From the NCBI GenBank assembly GCA_027118455.1, contig JAJAYZ010000015.1, positions 3,596 to 67,595 of the forward strand: DNA of 64,000 nt. Direction: 5' to 3'. A program made the position numbers and the translations under genes. The number at the start of each line of letters is the position of its first letter. The first letter of the stretch is position 1. Of this stretch, positions 30,312 through 40,038 are shown in pieces. The DNA comes from Actinomycetes bacterium. Lineage in GTDB: Bacteria; Actinomycetota; Actinomycetes; JAHEKZ01. Under the pieces are notes generated by a model. It was not told the DNA's origin. It saw only the letters and a list, made by a program, of their open reading frames with translations, and did not search any database.

Positions 30312-32245
30312 CAGACCAAGCCCAGCCGAACGACGCTGCCCTGGGGTGCCTGTGTTCCACCCTCGGGGTCTTGCGTCGCAACCCGGTTGAGCGGGCTGAC
30401 ACCGAACAGGTCGTAGGTGCTGTACTTGAAGCCGGCGGCGGTGAGCTCGGCGATGGCCTCTTCGAGCGGCTTGTCCAGCACGTCGGGCACCTTAACCAGA
30501 GGTGGGCCGAGTGATACGACGACCGAGACAGTGCTGCCCTGTTCCGCGCTGGTTCCAGCTGCCAGATCTTGGCTGATGATCGCGCCCGCCGGAATCTTGT
30601 TGTCGTACTCCTCGCCGGTCTGGTCGTACTTGAGGTTGTGCTTGGACAGCTGCTGCTGTGCGCTTGCCGTGGAGTCGCCGGTGAGGTCGGGCACGGTGAC
30701 AGGACGTAGTCCCTTACTGACGACCAGGTCTACGGGGGTGTCCGGTCGAACCGAGGTACCCGACTCCGGCACGACGTTCATCACGATCCCGGTCTCAATG
30801 GTGTCGGAGTAACTACGGGTGGTCTCCCCTACGGCGAGGTTGCGCGCCTTGATCTGTTTCTTGGCGTCGGCGAGAGAGTCTCCAACTACGTTGGGGACTT
30901 CGTATCGCTCTGGCCCCTTCGAAACGGTCAGCATCACCGTGCTGCCGGACCGCACTTCGGCACCTTGCGCTGGGTCACTGCTGGTGACTTCACCGGCCTT
31001 GACGATCTCGCTGTACTTCTCGTCGGCGAACTCGACCGTCAGCCCTTCGGACTCGAGCTGCGCTTGGGCCGCTTCTGCGGTGAGTCCGGTCACCCGCGGC
31101 ACCGTCGTGTTGCGGCCGGATCCCAGCCACCAGGCGAAGGCCCCTGCGGCCACGGCGAGGATCACGACGACCGTGAGGGCGACCAATCCGCGCCGGCGAC
31201 TGCGCTTGCGATGGGCCTCGGGGTCGAGCGCCTGATCACCTGCCGTCGATGGGGTATCGCTTGGGGGAGGCGCTGCGGAGTCGTCGACGACCGGAGCTGC
31301 CACCACCGGAGCTGCTGTGACGGCCGTGTCGTGACGGCTGGCGGCAACGGCGACCGGAATCGGGACGACCATCGTCTGCTGCAGGTCGACCGGCGCTGCG
31401 GGCTTCGGCACGCCGCGCACCAGCTGCAGGAGCACTGCTGCGTCGGCAGGGCGCTGGTTGGGCTCACGGCGGGTGGCTGCGAGCACGACATCGTCGAGCA
31501 GGTCGCTGACCCCGGAGCCGGCATCGGACGGAAGCGGTACGTCCTCGTTCACGTGCCGGTAGGCGACCGAGATCGCCTCGTCTCCGGTGAACGGTGGTGT
31601 GCCGGTGAGCATCTCGAAGAGCACGATGCCAGCTGAGTAAACGTCCGAGCGCTCGTCGGAGACTCCGGGCTTGACTTGTTCCGGAGAAAGGTAGGCAACC
31701 GTCCCGAGCAGGAGCCCGGAGGTGATGTGCTGCGTCGACGAAGAGTTCGTTGCTCTAGCGAGGCCGAAGTCGGTGACGTAGACGTGGCCGTCATCGGCGA
31801 TGAGGATGTTCTCAGGTTTGACGTCACGGTGGACGACGCTCTCGGCGTGCGCTGCCGCAAGAGCCTGGAGCACTGGGTCGATAACAGCCAGAGCCTCCTC
31901 GACCGGCAGCTGCTTGCGCTCGTTGAGGACGTCGCGCAGCGTGCGACTCGGCACGTATTCCATGGCGAGGAAGATCGTGCTCCCGTCCTGGCCCTGGTCG
32001 AACACCTTGACGATGTGGGGGTTGGACAGACGAGCGGCTGCCCGCGCCTCGCGCGTGAAGCGTGCGACGAAGTCGGGGTCCTCGGCGAAGGATGGGTGCA
32101 TCACCTTGAGGGCGATCGTGCGGTCGAGCCGGGTGTCGGTTGCCCGGTAGACGGTGGCCATACCTCCGCGTGCAACCTGCTCGTCTACGCGATATCGCTC
32201 GTCGACGAGACGCCCGATCAACGGGTCGGCACCGTCGGAGTTCAC
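30311..32245 (-). CDS. pknL: PASTA-domain Ser/Thr kinase (PknL/PknB family)
   Basis: GGMATVY, HRDVKPEN, DFG, TM helix, four PASTA repeats; next to Rv2175c-like gene and aroG as in other actinobacteria. Confidence 0.9.
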   Translation of the reverse strand: MNSDGADPLIGRLVDERYRVDEQVARGGMATVYRATDTRLDRTIALKVMHPSFAEDPDFVARFTREARAAARLSNPHIVKVFDQGQDGSTIFLAMEYVPSRTLRDVLNERKQLPVEEALAVIDPVLQALAAAHAESVVHRDVKPENILIADDGHVYVTDFGLARATNSSSTQHITSGLLLGTVAYLSPEQVKPGVSDERSDVYSAGIVLFEMLTGTPPFTGDEAISVAYRHVNEDVPLPSDAGSGVSDLLDDVVLAATRREPNQRPADAAVLLQLVRGVPKPAAPVDLQQTMVVPIPVAVAASRHDTAVTAAPVVAAPVVDDSAAPPPSDTPSTAGDQALDPEAHRKRSRRRGLVALTVVVILAVAAGAFAWWLGSGRNTTVPRVTGLTAEAAQAQLESEGLTVEFADEKYSEIVKAGEVTSSDPAQGAEVRSGSTVMLTVSKGPERYEVPNVVGDSLADAKKQIKARNLAVGETTRSYSDTIETGIVMNVVPESGTSVRPDTPVDLVVSKGLRPVTVPDLTGDSTASAQQQLSKHNLKYDQTGEEYDNKIPAGAIISQDLAAGTSAEQGSTVSVVVSLGPPLVKVPDVLDKPLEEAIAELTAAGFKYSTYDLFGVSPLNRVATQDPEGGTQAPQGSVVRLGLV

Positions 32246-32340
32246 AACGCCTGAGTTTACGTTCGTGAATGCGGTGCGCCGTGCATCTAGGGCCGTGTGC
32301 CGCTGCCAGTTCTGGGGTGACCTGGCTCACGTCGGTGTCC

Positions 32341-32368
32341 GATTCGCTGACTGAGTAGTCAGCGAATC
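32341..32368. promoter_or_regulatory. 12-bp-stem inverted repeat in the divergent pknL/oxidoreductase promoter region
   Basis: gattcgctgact-gagt-agtcagcgaatc. Confidence 0.45.
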
Positions 32369-32383
32369 CAGTAGTATGACCGC

Positions 32384-33547
32384 ATGCAGAGGATTGTGAT
32401 CGTCGGTGGCGGCCTGGCCGGGTTTGAGGCGGCGCGGGCGCTGCGCACCCAAGGCTTTGCTGGCGAGGTCGTGATGCTGGCGGCCGAAGGGGAGCCTCCG
32501 TACGACCGACCACCCCTTTCCAAGGGCGTACTGGCCTGGCGTGACGTCTCCCTGCACTTCGATGTGTCAGCCGCCGCCGACGTCGACCTGCGTCTCGGGA
32601 CCCCGGCGACTGGCGTCAATGCCGGTACGGTGCTGACCGAAGCTGGCAGCATCGAGTGTGATGGCGTCGTACTCGCTGTGGGTGCTGACCCCATTACGCT
32701 GCCAGGGACGACAACGCTGCGTACCCTCACCGATGCGCACCAGCTGCGGGACTCGTTGGAGATGGGGGCCGAAGTGGCCATCATCGGGGCCGGCTGGATC
32801 GGCGCCGAGGTTGCCTTCGCAGCCGCAGAGAACGGCTGCTCGGTGACCGTCTACGAAGCGGCGGACTCACCGTTGTCGGCCGCCCTTCCCGCCGATCTCG
32901 GCCTTCGAACCGTTCAGTGGTACGAGCAGCTGGGGATCTCTCTGCGCCTGGGCGAACGAGTGGACGATGTCAGCGCGCTCGGCGCCGATGTGGTGCTGGC
33001 TGGGCTAGGTGCGCGCCCCGCAACGGGGTTTCTCTCCGACAGCGGCATCGAGATGCGGCCCGGTGATGGTGCCATCGTCGTCGACGACCGGCTGCGCTCG
33101 TCGACGCCAGGCGTCGTCGCGGTCGGTGACTGCGCGGCATGGTGGTCATCGCGCTACGACACGCGGCTTCGTATCGAGCACTGGGACACCGCCCTGCACG
33201 CGCCGGCCGTTGCTGTTGCAGCTTTGCTGGCTGGGGAGTCAGCGGTCAAGAGTGTCGAGCCCTACGACCCGGTGCCGTACTTCTGGTCCGACCAGTTCGG
33301 CCACACGATTCAGTGCGCAGGACACCGATCAGCGACGGATCGGCGCGTTGACCGCAGCGAGCAAGGTGACTGGGCAGTCGGATGGTTCGCTGACTCAGCC
33401 GATGGCCCGCAGCTGACAGCGCTTGCCGTTGTGGACCGGCCCCGTGACCTGACCCAGGCACGACGACTCATGACCGCACGGACACCGATCGACCCGGAGA
33501 AGTTCGCCGATCCGGCCAACCCCGTCAAGGCTTGCACCCTGGGATGA
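32384..33547 (+). CDS. FAD/NAD(P)-dependent oxidoreductase (ferredoxin reductase type)
   Basis: GGGLAG, YDRPPLSK, GAGWIGAE, VGDCA, PYFWSDQ. Confidence 0.9.
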   Translation: MQRIVIVGGGLAGFEAARALRTQGFAGEVVMLAAEGEPPYDRPPLSKGVLAWRDVSLHFDVSAAADVDLRLGTPATGVNAGTVLTEAGSIECDGVVLAVGADPITLPGTTTLRTLTDAHQLRDSLEMGAEVAIIGAGWIGAEVAFAAAENGCSVTVYEAADSPLSAALPADLGLRTVQWYEQLGISLRLGERVDDVSALGADVVLAGLGARPATGFLSDSGIEMRPGDGAIVVDDRLRSSTPGVVAVGDCAAWWSSRYDTRLRIEHWDTALHAPAVAVAALLAGESAVKSVEPYDPVPYFWSDQFGHTIQCAGHRSATDRRVDRSEQGDWAVGWFADSADGPQLTALAVVDRPRDLTQARRLMTARTPIDPEKFADPANPVKACTLG

Positions 33548-33578
33548 GATCGTCGTCCAGGCATGGCAGGGTGAGGGC

Positions 33579-33965
33579 GTGAGCACTCACGCAAGTATCG
33601 ACACTCCTGTCACTCCTGACGTCGACGAGCTCGTCGGCGAGTGGCTGACCGTTCCCGACCTCGCGGAGGCCCTAGGAATTGACGTCGTCAACGTCCGTCA
33701 GCACCTCAAGGACGGCTACCTGATCAGCGTCCGCCGCGGTGAACGAGCGGTCATCAGCGTTCCGGTCGACTTCGTGCAGGACGGCGTCATCGTCAAGAAG
33801 ATCCCTGGCCTTCTCACCCTTCTGCGGGACGCGGGCTACGACGAGAACCAGTCGCTGCGGTGGATCTTCACTCCTGACGACTCCTTACCGGGCACGCCCA
33901 TGCAGGCGTTGGTCGAGAACCGGCACACCGAGGTGCGCAGACGCGCTCAATCGCTGGCCTTCTGA
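33579..33965 (+). CDS. Rv2175c family DNA-binding protein
   Basis: WLTVPDLAEALG, LTLLRDAG, VRRRAQSLAF. Confidence 0.88.
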   Translation: MSTHASIDTPVTPDVDELVGEWLTVPDLAEALGIDVVNVRQHLKDGYLISVRRGERAVISVPVDFVQDGVIVKKIPGLLTLLRDAGYDENQSLRWIFTPDDSLPGTPMQALVENRHTEVRRRAQSLAF

Positions 33966-33967
33966 CG

Positions 33968-34312
33968 GTGGAGCGGTTCTCGTACCTCGGCGTCCTAGCC
34001 TTCATTGTGGTGGGCAGTGGGTGGCTCGAGTTCGGACTGCGCACCAAGGTTCTGCGACGTGGACGCCGCTTCGTACTCTCAGTAGCTCCGGTCGTTGCGC
34101 TGTTCTTGGTGTGGGACGCGTATGCCATCGCGCAAGGGCACTGGACCTTCGATCCGCAACGCACTACCGGCGCAACGGTCGGTGCCGGGATCCCGATAGA
34201 AGAGCTCATCTTCTTTCTCGCGGTGCCGTTCGCTGCGGTCCTGAGTCTTGAGGCGGTCCGGTCGGTGCGTGGATGGACGATTGGTGACGAGCCACCCGAG
34301 GAAGCGCCGTGA
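33968..34312 (+). CDS. crtYc: Heterodimeric lycopene cyclase subunit
   Basis: FLVWD..I..GHWTF, IPIEELIFF. Confidence 0.8.
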   Translation: MERFSYLGVLAFIVVGSGWLEFGLRTKVLRRGRRFVLSVAPVVALFLVWDAYAIAQGHWTFDPQRTTGATVGAGIPIEELIFFLAVPFAAVLSLEAVRSVRGWTIGDEPPEEAP

Positions 34313-34719
34313 CCTACACCGAACTGGCGCTGCTCGGCGTTGGGCTCACTGTGCTGCTCGATCTCGTCGTCCTGCGGACGCGGCTGCTGCTACGCCGTGC
34401 GTTCTGGGTGGCGTACGCGATCATCGTCTTCTTTCAGCTGCTGACGAACGGCGTCCTCACCGGGTTCGAGATTGTTCGGTACTCCGGCGATGCGATCATC
34501 GGGTCGGATTCGCCGACGTTTCTCGGTGACGGGCGTATCGCGTACGCCCCGGTTGAGGACCTGCTTTTCGGGTTCGCGCTGGTGGTGCAGACCCTGGTCT
34601 GGTGGGTCTGGTGGGGACGGCGAGGCGTCCAGTTCCGACCGCTGGCCGGTCCGCCGGTCTGGCGGGGTGCTCGTGGTTCGTCGGGTCAGGCGGCGTTCGG
34701 TGGCCAGGAGACCCCCTGA
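34309..34719 (+). CDS. crtYd: Heterodimeric lycopene cyclase subunit
   Basis: MTYT, NGVLT, APVEDLLFG; GTGA overlap. Confidence 0.8.
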   Translation: MTYTELALLGVGLTVLLDLVVLRTRLLLRRAFWVAYAIIVFFQLLTNGVLTGFEIVRYSGDAIIGSDSPTFLGDGRIAYAPVEDLLFGFALVVQTLVWWVWWGRRGVQFRPLAGPPVWRGARGSSGQAAFGGQETP

Positions 34720-34794
34720 GGTGGCGGTAACGGGCCTGAGGCGGCGGTCGAAGGCCACCTTTGTGCGCTACGACCACGTCACCTGGTCATCGTG
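34712..34794 (-). repeat. 83-bp palindromic dispersed repeat, copy B, containing the stop codons of crtYd and crtB
   Basis: Reverse complement aligns ungapped to 25855..25937. Confidence 0.8.
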
Positions 34795-35720
34795 GTTCGT
34801 GGAAGACGGCCGGCGCGGCGAGCCCGGATGGCACGGAACCAAGCCGGTAAGGCCACCTGGGCACGGCGGGGCACCGACACTGACGCCCGCTCGGTGAACA
34901 CCTGGTAGTCGATCTTCTCGACGGCATCGGCGATACCGCAGTAGAGAACGCGTGCTGCGTCGATGCAGGGCTGGCTGTCGGGGGCGAGCAGCGCGATACC
35001 GGGACGGGATGCCTGCTCCAGCCGGCGAACTCTGGCGATCTCGAACTTCAGCAGTTCGCGAATGGGTGCGGTGACGACGCGGCGCTCCAGATCCGCGCGT
35101 GTCAAGTCGAACTGGGCCAGATCGGCCAAGGGGAGGTAGAGACGACCACGATCGAGGTCCTCGCTGATGTCGCGGATGAAGTTTGCCAGCTGGAAGGCGA
35201 CACCGAGGTCCATTGCGTAGTTGTAAGCAGCGTCCGAACTTGGTTGGAGAATCGGCACCATCTGCAGGCCGATCACGGCCGCTGATCCGTAGACGTACTC
35301 GTAGAGCGCTTCGTAGTCGGCGTACTGAGTGACCGTGAGATCCATGGCCATGGAGTGCAGGAACGCCTCGAAGTGGGCGCGCGGGATGTTCCAGCGCTGC
35401 ACCGTGTCGATAACCGCACGGCAGATTGGGTCATTGCTGTGGCCGCCATCGAGGTCGACCAGGAACTGCTCGCCCCACTCGTGCAGATGCGCTGCCTTCT
35501 CGTCATCGGTGAGTGTGCTGGCGAGATCGTCGACGATCTCGTCGGCGTAGCGCGCGAAGCCGTAGAGCGCATGGACGAACGGTCGCTTGGCTGGAGGCAG
35601 GAGCAGGGTGGCCAGGTAGTACGTCTTGCCGTGAGCGGCGTTGAGCTGCCGACAGGCCTCGTAGGAGTCGCGGAGGTGCGGACCGGTGATTCCCGCCGAA
35701 TCCAGCTCTCGTTGGCTCAC
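34779..35720 (-). CDS. crtB: Phytoene synthase
   Basis: HGKTYY, ARYADEIVD, FQLANFIRDISED..RGRLYLP; GTG start 35720. Confidence 0.93.
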   Translation of the reverse strand: MSQRELDSAGITGPHLRDSYEACRQLNAAHGKTYYLATLLLPPAKRPFVHALYGFARYADEIVDDLASTLTDDEKAAHLHEWGEQFLVDLDGGHSNDPICRAVIDTVQRWNIPRAHFEAFLHSMAMDLTVTQYADYEALYEYVYGSAAVIGLQMVPILQPSSDAAYNYAMDLGVAFQLANFIRDISEDLDRGRLYLPLADLAQFDLTRADLERRVVTAPIRELLKFEIARVRRLEQASRPGIALLAPDSQPCIDAARVLYCGIADAVEKIDYQVFTERASVSVPRRAQVALPAWFRAIRARRAGRLPRTTMTR

Positions 35721-35844
35721 GTCGACATCCTGCCGCACGGGTATGGCACACCGCGCGCCGCTAGGACGAGTAGCGTGAGGCTGGTCAGGGAAGTATCGGC
35801 GGCGAGCCGATACCACCGGTCGAAACGCGTGAAGGGTGAGGGCA

Positions 35845-36345
35845 ATGAGCACGGAGTCGATGGAAGAGCCGGTCGACCCCAACGACCCCGAACTCTTCGG
35901 CTCACTGGAGGACGACGAGGTGCCGGTCTCGGTCCGGGAGGCCTTCGAGGGTCGACGCGGGGTTCACCTGCTGGAGGGCGAACCAGGGCCGGTCCGCCGT
36001 GAGGCCGCCGAGCAGGACTGGCACACCGTCACACTCGATACGTCCGGGGCGGACGATCGCGGAGGGTTCGTCGCCGCGCTCTCCGACGCCTTCGACCTTT
36101 CCGGTCTCGGCGCTGGTTCGTGGGATGTTCTGGACCAGCATCTGCGTGCACTTGACCTCGATGAGCCCAACGGGTTGCTCGTCTGTTGGGAAGGCTGGGG
36201 CTACTTCGCCGACGAAGACCCGGACAGTTTCGAGATGGCGATCGAAATCTTCCAGGACGCCTGTATTGCCTGGCAGTACGACAAGTTCCAAGCAGCTGTG
36301 CTACTGGTGGGCGATGGCCCGGAGACCGACGTCCCGTCCTGGTAA
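35845..36345 (+). CDS. Barstar-family protein (orphan)
   Basis: Acidic; ALSDAFDL..G.SWDVLDQHLRAL pattern resembles the barstar GxNxDALxDxL motif. Confidence 0.6.
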   Translation: MSTESMEEPVDPNDPELFGSLEDDEVPVSVREAFEGRRGVHLLEGEPGPVRREAAEQDWHTVTLDTSGADDRGGFVAALSDAFDLSGLGAGSWDVLDQHLRALDLDEPNGLLVCWEGWGYFADEDPDSFEMAIEIFQDACIAWQYDKFQAAVLLVGDGPETDVPSW

Positions 36346-36513
36346 GGACGACCATTCGCGGCGCCTGATGTAGCTCAGGGGTTAGTTGATAGTGCCGGGA
36401 AGGGTCCGCTCAGACGATCCAGTCCCAGATCTGGTTCGTATCGAGGGCGTTGGACGCGGCTCACGTGCTGGGATGGTTCTTGTGAGGGAGCTCGCTCTTC
36501 TTCCTGCCTGCTC

Positions 36514-37236
36514 TCAGCGAGGCTCGCAGAGCCAGGTGACGCGTCGGCCCTTCTGGTACGACTCTGCGGAGCGTTGATCGGGAAAGTTCTCTTCTAGGAA
36601 GGTCGGCCAGTCGAATTTTTTGACCACCTCGAAACCGTGTGCGTTGAGCATCAACTCAAGTGCCGACGGGGATGGTCGGCCAGTGATGAGGTGACCCTCT
36701 AGGTCGAACGTAGTGTCAGCCCCTGCGGCCTGCTTCGAGCTGTCCTCGACATGGACCCTGATGAAGGGCAGCTCATTGGCAATGACTCCGGAGTCGATGA
36801 GCAAGTACTTGGGGTTCAGTTTCCGGATGCCTGAGAACAAGTCCTGATAGCGAAGCGTGTGGTAGATGAAGCCAAGACACATCACGACCTCTGCATCCTC
36901 AGATTTCAGCTGGAAGTCCGAAGGATTCTGCAGGACCTCAAAAACGTCATCGTTGATGAAGCGGTAGGTGTCCTTCGGCACGCTGTACTCGGTGAAGTTC
37001 TCCTCGGCATGCTTGACCATTTCCGAGCGGAACTCGATTCCGGTGGTGAAGGTCGCCCCCATCTTGTTCGCGGCCATGGTCCAGCGTCCGTCGTGGCTGG
37101 CGATGTCAACGACGCGAGCCCCACGGAAGATGGCTGCGTTCGCCTCGAACATGGCGCGGTATCGGATGTGCAGCCGTAGAGGGTTGTTGGCGGTGGTGCT
37201 CGTCGTGAGAAACCGCGGATAATCATCAAAGAACAT
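36514..37236 (-). CDS. Class I SAM-dependent methyltransferase
   Basis: VVDIASHDGRW motif I, GIEFR, MCLGFIYH; ATG after AGGAG. Confidence 0.8.
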   Translation of the reverse strand: MFFDDYPRFLTTSTTANNPLRLHIRYRAMFEANAAIFRGARVVDIASHDGRWTMAANKMGATFTTGIEFRSEMVKHAEENFTEYSVPKDTYRFINDDVFEVLQNPSDFQLKSEDAEVVMCLGFIYHTLRYQDLFSGIRKLNPKYLLIDSGVIANELPFIRVHVEDSSKQAAGADTTFDLEGHLITGRPSPSALELMLNAHGFEVVKKFDWPTFLEENFPDQRSAESYQKGRRVTWLCEPR

Positions 37237-37350
37237 GCCGGGGCTCCTAGTCGACGTCTGGGTGGGATGCGGTCTGTAGTTTACACGCGGTTTGTCATGG
37301 CCGGTGCTCGCGAGGCGGCCAGACCGGGGCGCATCAAACGCCGCCAATGC

Positions 37351-38850
37351 TCAGCGCAGCGCCCGGGAGCGGTAGCTCGGATCCGGCCCGGTGATCCGTT
37401 CGGCTGCGAGGCGCCCCGAAATCAGCACCATCGGGACTCCGACGCCTGGCGTGGTGCCCGACCCGGCAAACACGATGTTCTCACCCCAGAGGTTCTTGGG
37501 TCGGAACGGCCCGGTCTGCAGGAACGAGTGCGCCGAGGCAAACGGAGACCCGTCAGCCATTCCCTGCCGCTCCCAGTCGGCCGGGTCGATGATGTGCTCG
37601 ACCTCGACGGCGTCACCGAACCCGACGTAGCCGCGCTCCTCCAGAACCGCGAGCACGTGGTCGCGGTAGCCCTCGCGCTCCTGGGACCAGTTGATGTCGG
37701 CAGAGGTATTCGGCGTCGGGAAGAAGACGTAGTAGATCTCGCGGCCGTCCGGGGCAAGCGATGGGTCGGACTGCGTCGGGTTGGACACCAAGAAGCTGGG
37801 GTCGCTCATCAGCTCGCCGCGGTCGATGAGCTGGTCGAAGACGCCACGCCAGGAGCGGCCGAAGTGGATGTTGTGGTGCGCAACCTTTGAGTACGACGCT
37901 GAGGAGCCAGCGAGCATGAGGAAGCAGGACGGTGAGGAGCGCAGGCGACGGACTGACCATGGCTCCTCACCGAGAAGATCGCGCATCGCAACAGGGAGGT
38001 CGGGGTTGACGACGACGGCGTCACAGGCGATCCGCTCACCATCTGCGGTGTGGACGGCGACCGCGCGCGCCCCGCGGCGTTCAATGTGGATTGCTTCGGT
38101 GCTGTAACGGAAGTCGACCCCGTGCTTGCCGGCCGCCGCAGCCATCGCTTCGGGGACGGCGTGCATGCCACCCTCTGGCGCGTAGACGCCGGCCACCGAA
38201 TCCATGTAGGCGATGACGCAGTAGAGGGCGAGCGCATTGAACGGCGACATGCCGGCATACATGGCCTGGAAGGACAGCACGCGCTGTGTTCTGGGATCTT
38301 TGAGGTACTGCTCGACCTTCGGTGCCATGCGCCGGAAGCCTCCGAGGGCGGCCAGGCGCGCCAGGTTCGGTGTGAGCAAGTCGAAGGGTGAGTCGATGTT
38401 TCGGTCGATGAAGTCGGTCATTTCATAGCGATAGAGCTGGGTGACGAACTCGACGTACCTCCGGTATCCGTCGGCCTCATCGGGTCCGCAGACTCGGCGG
38501 ATCTCCTCGACCATGGCGGACGGGTCGGCCTTGACGTCCAGCGAAGTGCCGTCGGCATACCATGCGCGGTAGAGCGGGTCGATCGGACGGAGCGTGAGCC
38601 AGTCGGCCATGTCTTCGCCCACGCAGTCGAAAGCGTCAGCGATCAGGTCGGGCATCGTCAGGACGGTGGGTCCGTTGTCGAAGCGGTATCCGGCGTCAGC
38701 GATGACGCCGGCGCGTCCGCCAGGAACAGCTGCTCGCTCGATGACGGTCACTTGGCGGCCGGTCCCGGCCAGTCGAAGAGCTGCCGAGAGTCCGGCTAGA
38801 CCAGCGCCGATGACGACCACATGGTCGGTTCGACCGCGAACGGTGCGCAT
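37351..38850 (-). CDS. crtI: Phytoene desaturase
   Basis: GAGLAG, FDNGPTVLTMP, FLQTGPFRP, PGVGVPMVLISG. Confidence 0.92.
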   Translation of the reverse strand: MRTVRGRTDHVVVIGAGLAGLSAALRLAGTGRQVTVIERAAVPGGRAGVIADAGYRFDNGPTVLTMPDLIADAFDCVGEDMADWLTLRPIDPLYRAWYADGTSLDVKADPSAMVEEIRRVCGPDEADGYRRYVEFVTQLYRYEMTDFIDRNIDSPFDLLTPNLARLAALGGFRRMAPKVEQYLKDPRTQRVLSFQAMYAGMSPFNALALYCVIAYMDSVAGVYAPEGGMHAVPEAMAAAAGKHGVDFRYSTEAIHIERRGARAVAVHTADGERIACDAVVVNPDLPVAMRDLLGEEPWSVRRLRSSPSCFLMLAGSSASYSKVAHHNIHFGRSWRGVFDQLIDRGELMSDPSFLVSNPTQSDPSLAPDGREIYYVFFPTPNTSADINWSQEREGYRDHVLAVLEERGYVGFGDAVEVEHIIDPADWERQGMADGSPFASAHSFLQTGPFRPKNLWGENIVFAGSGTTPGVGVPMVLISGRLAAERITGPDPSYRSRALR

Positions 38851-38853
38851 GAG

Positions 38854-39921
38854 CTACTCGGAGCGCCGCGTCGCGGCGAAGGTGAGGTCGTCGAGGACGC
38901 CGTGGGCCGGCTGCGACAGCATGGTGAGGGCACGGTGTGACTCGTCGACGAGGGAGACGATGAGCTCTTCGACGAAGCTGAGCGCGCCAGTCTCATCGAT
39001 CAGTCCGCGCAGCTTGTCGATGCCGTCGGAGGTCAGGTGTGGGTCTCCGAGATGTCGGTTGAGGAGAGCTTGCTGCGACGGGTTGCTGCGCTCTTCGGTG
39101 ACGGCAATCAGAACGGTGCGCTTGCCCTCGCGCAGGTCGTCGCCAGCCGGCTTGCCGGTGACGGCGGGGTCACCAAAGACGCCGAGGACGTCATCGCGCA
39201 GTTGGAAAGCCTCACCGAGGGGGATGCCGTAGGCGCTGTACTGCGTCAGCAGTTCTGGTGGTGCACCGGCCAAGGTGGCGCCGAGGTGGAGGGGGCCTTC
39301 GACGGTGTACTTCGCCGCCTTGTAGCGGGCCACCCGAAGGGCCCGCTCTACCGAGCCACCGCCCCTGGCCTGTTCCAGCAGGTCGAGGTACTGGCCGGCC
39401 ATCAACTCGGTGCGCATCCGGTCGTAGACGGGCTTGGCGCGCACGAGGACGTCCTGCGAAAGGTCGGACGAGAAGAGCATCTCGTCGGCCCAGGTGAGGG
39501 TGAGGTCGCCCAGCAGGATCGCTGCACCCGTTCCGAACGACTCTGGTGAACCGACCCACTGAGCGGTGCGGTGCAGTCCGGCGAACTTGCGGTGTGCGCT
39601 GGGATGGCCGCGACGAGTATCGGAGTCGTCCATCACGTCGTCGTGGATGAGCGCACAGGCTTGGAGGAACTCAAGGGCAGCAGCGGCCTGCACAATCTCG
39701 GAGCAGTCCGCACCTCCGGCACCCCGCCAGCCCCAGTAGGCGAAGGCCGGTCGCAGACGTTTGCCGCCAGCTAACAATGTGCGCGCGGCATCTAAGATGG
39801 GGAGCAGCTCGTCACCGACAGCGTCAAGCACAGGCTGCTGCCCCTCGAGGAACGTCTCGAGCTCTTTGTGCACCCGGACCCGCAGGTCCTCGGCATCGAG
39901 CGGGGAGCTCTGCGTGGGCAT
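38854..39921 (-). CDS. crtE: Geranylgeranyl diphosphate synthase
   Basis: GGKRLRP, HDDVMD..RRG, GQYLD, FQLRDD, DDLREGK. Confidence 0.9.
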   Translation of the reverse strand: MPTQSSPLDAEDLRVRVHKELETFLEGQQPVLDAVGDELLPILDAARTLLAGGKRLRPAFAYWGWRGAGGADCSEIVQAAAALEFLQACALIHDDVMDDSDTRRGHPSAHRKFAGLHRTAQWVGSPESFGTGAAILLGDLTLTWADEMLFSSDLSQDVLVRAKPVYDRMRTELMAGQYLDLLEQARGGGSVERALRVARYKAAKYTVEGPLHLGATLAGAPPELLTQYSAYGIPLGEAFQLRDDVLGVFGDPAVTGKPAGDDLREGKRTVLIAVTEERSNPSQQALLNRHLGDPHLTSDGIDKLRGLIDETGALSFVEELIVSLVDESHRALTMLSQPAHGVLDDLTFAATRRSE

Positions 39922-40038
39922 ACCCACGAGGCTATCCGCCCTTACTCGGACCTGCAGCCCGACACCGGTTCCAGAGGCTGGAGCGGCTCCCTGGGCACTC
40001 CCTTCCTTGGGCGCCGGGAATGCCTGCACTCGGCGCGA

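Noticed and set aside
36361-36420. tRNA-like start (GCGCCTGATGTAGCTCAGGGG)
   Set aside because: No T-arm GTTC at the correct spacing and no acceptor-stem partner; does not fold as a cloverleaf
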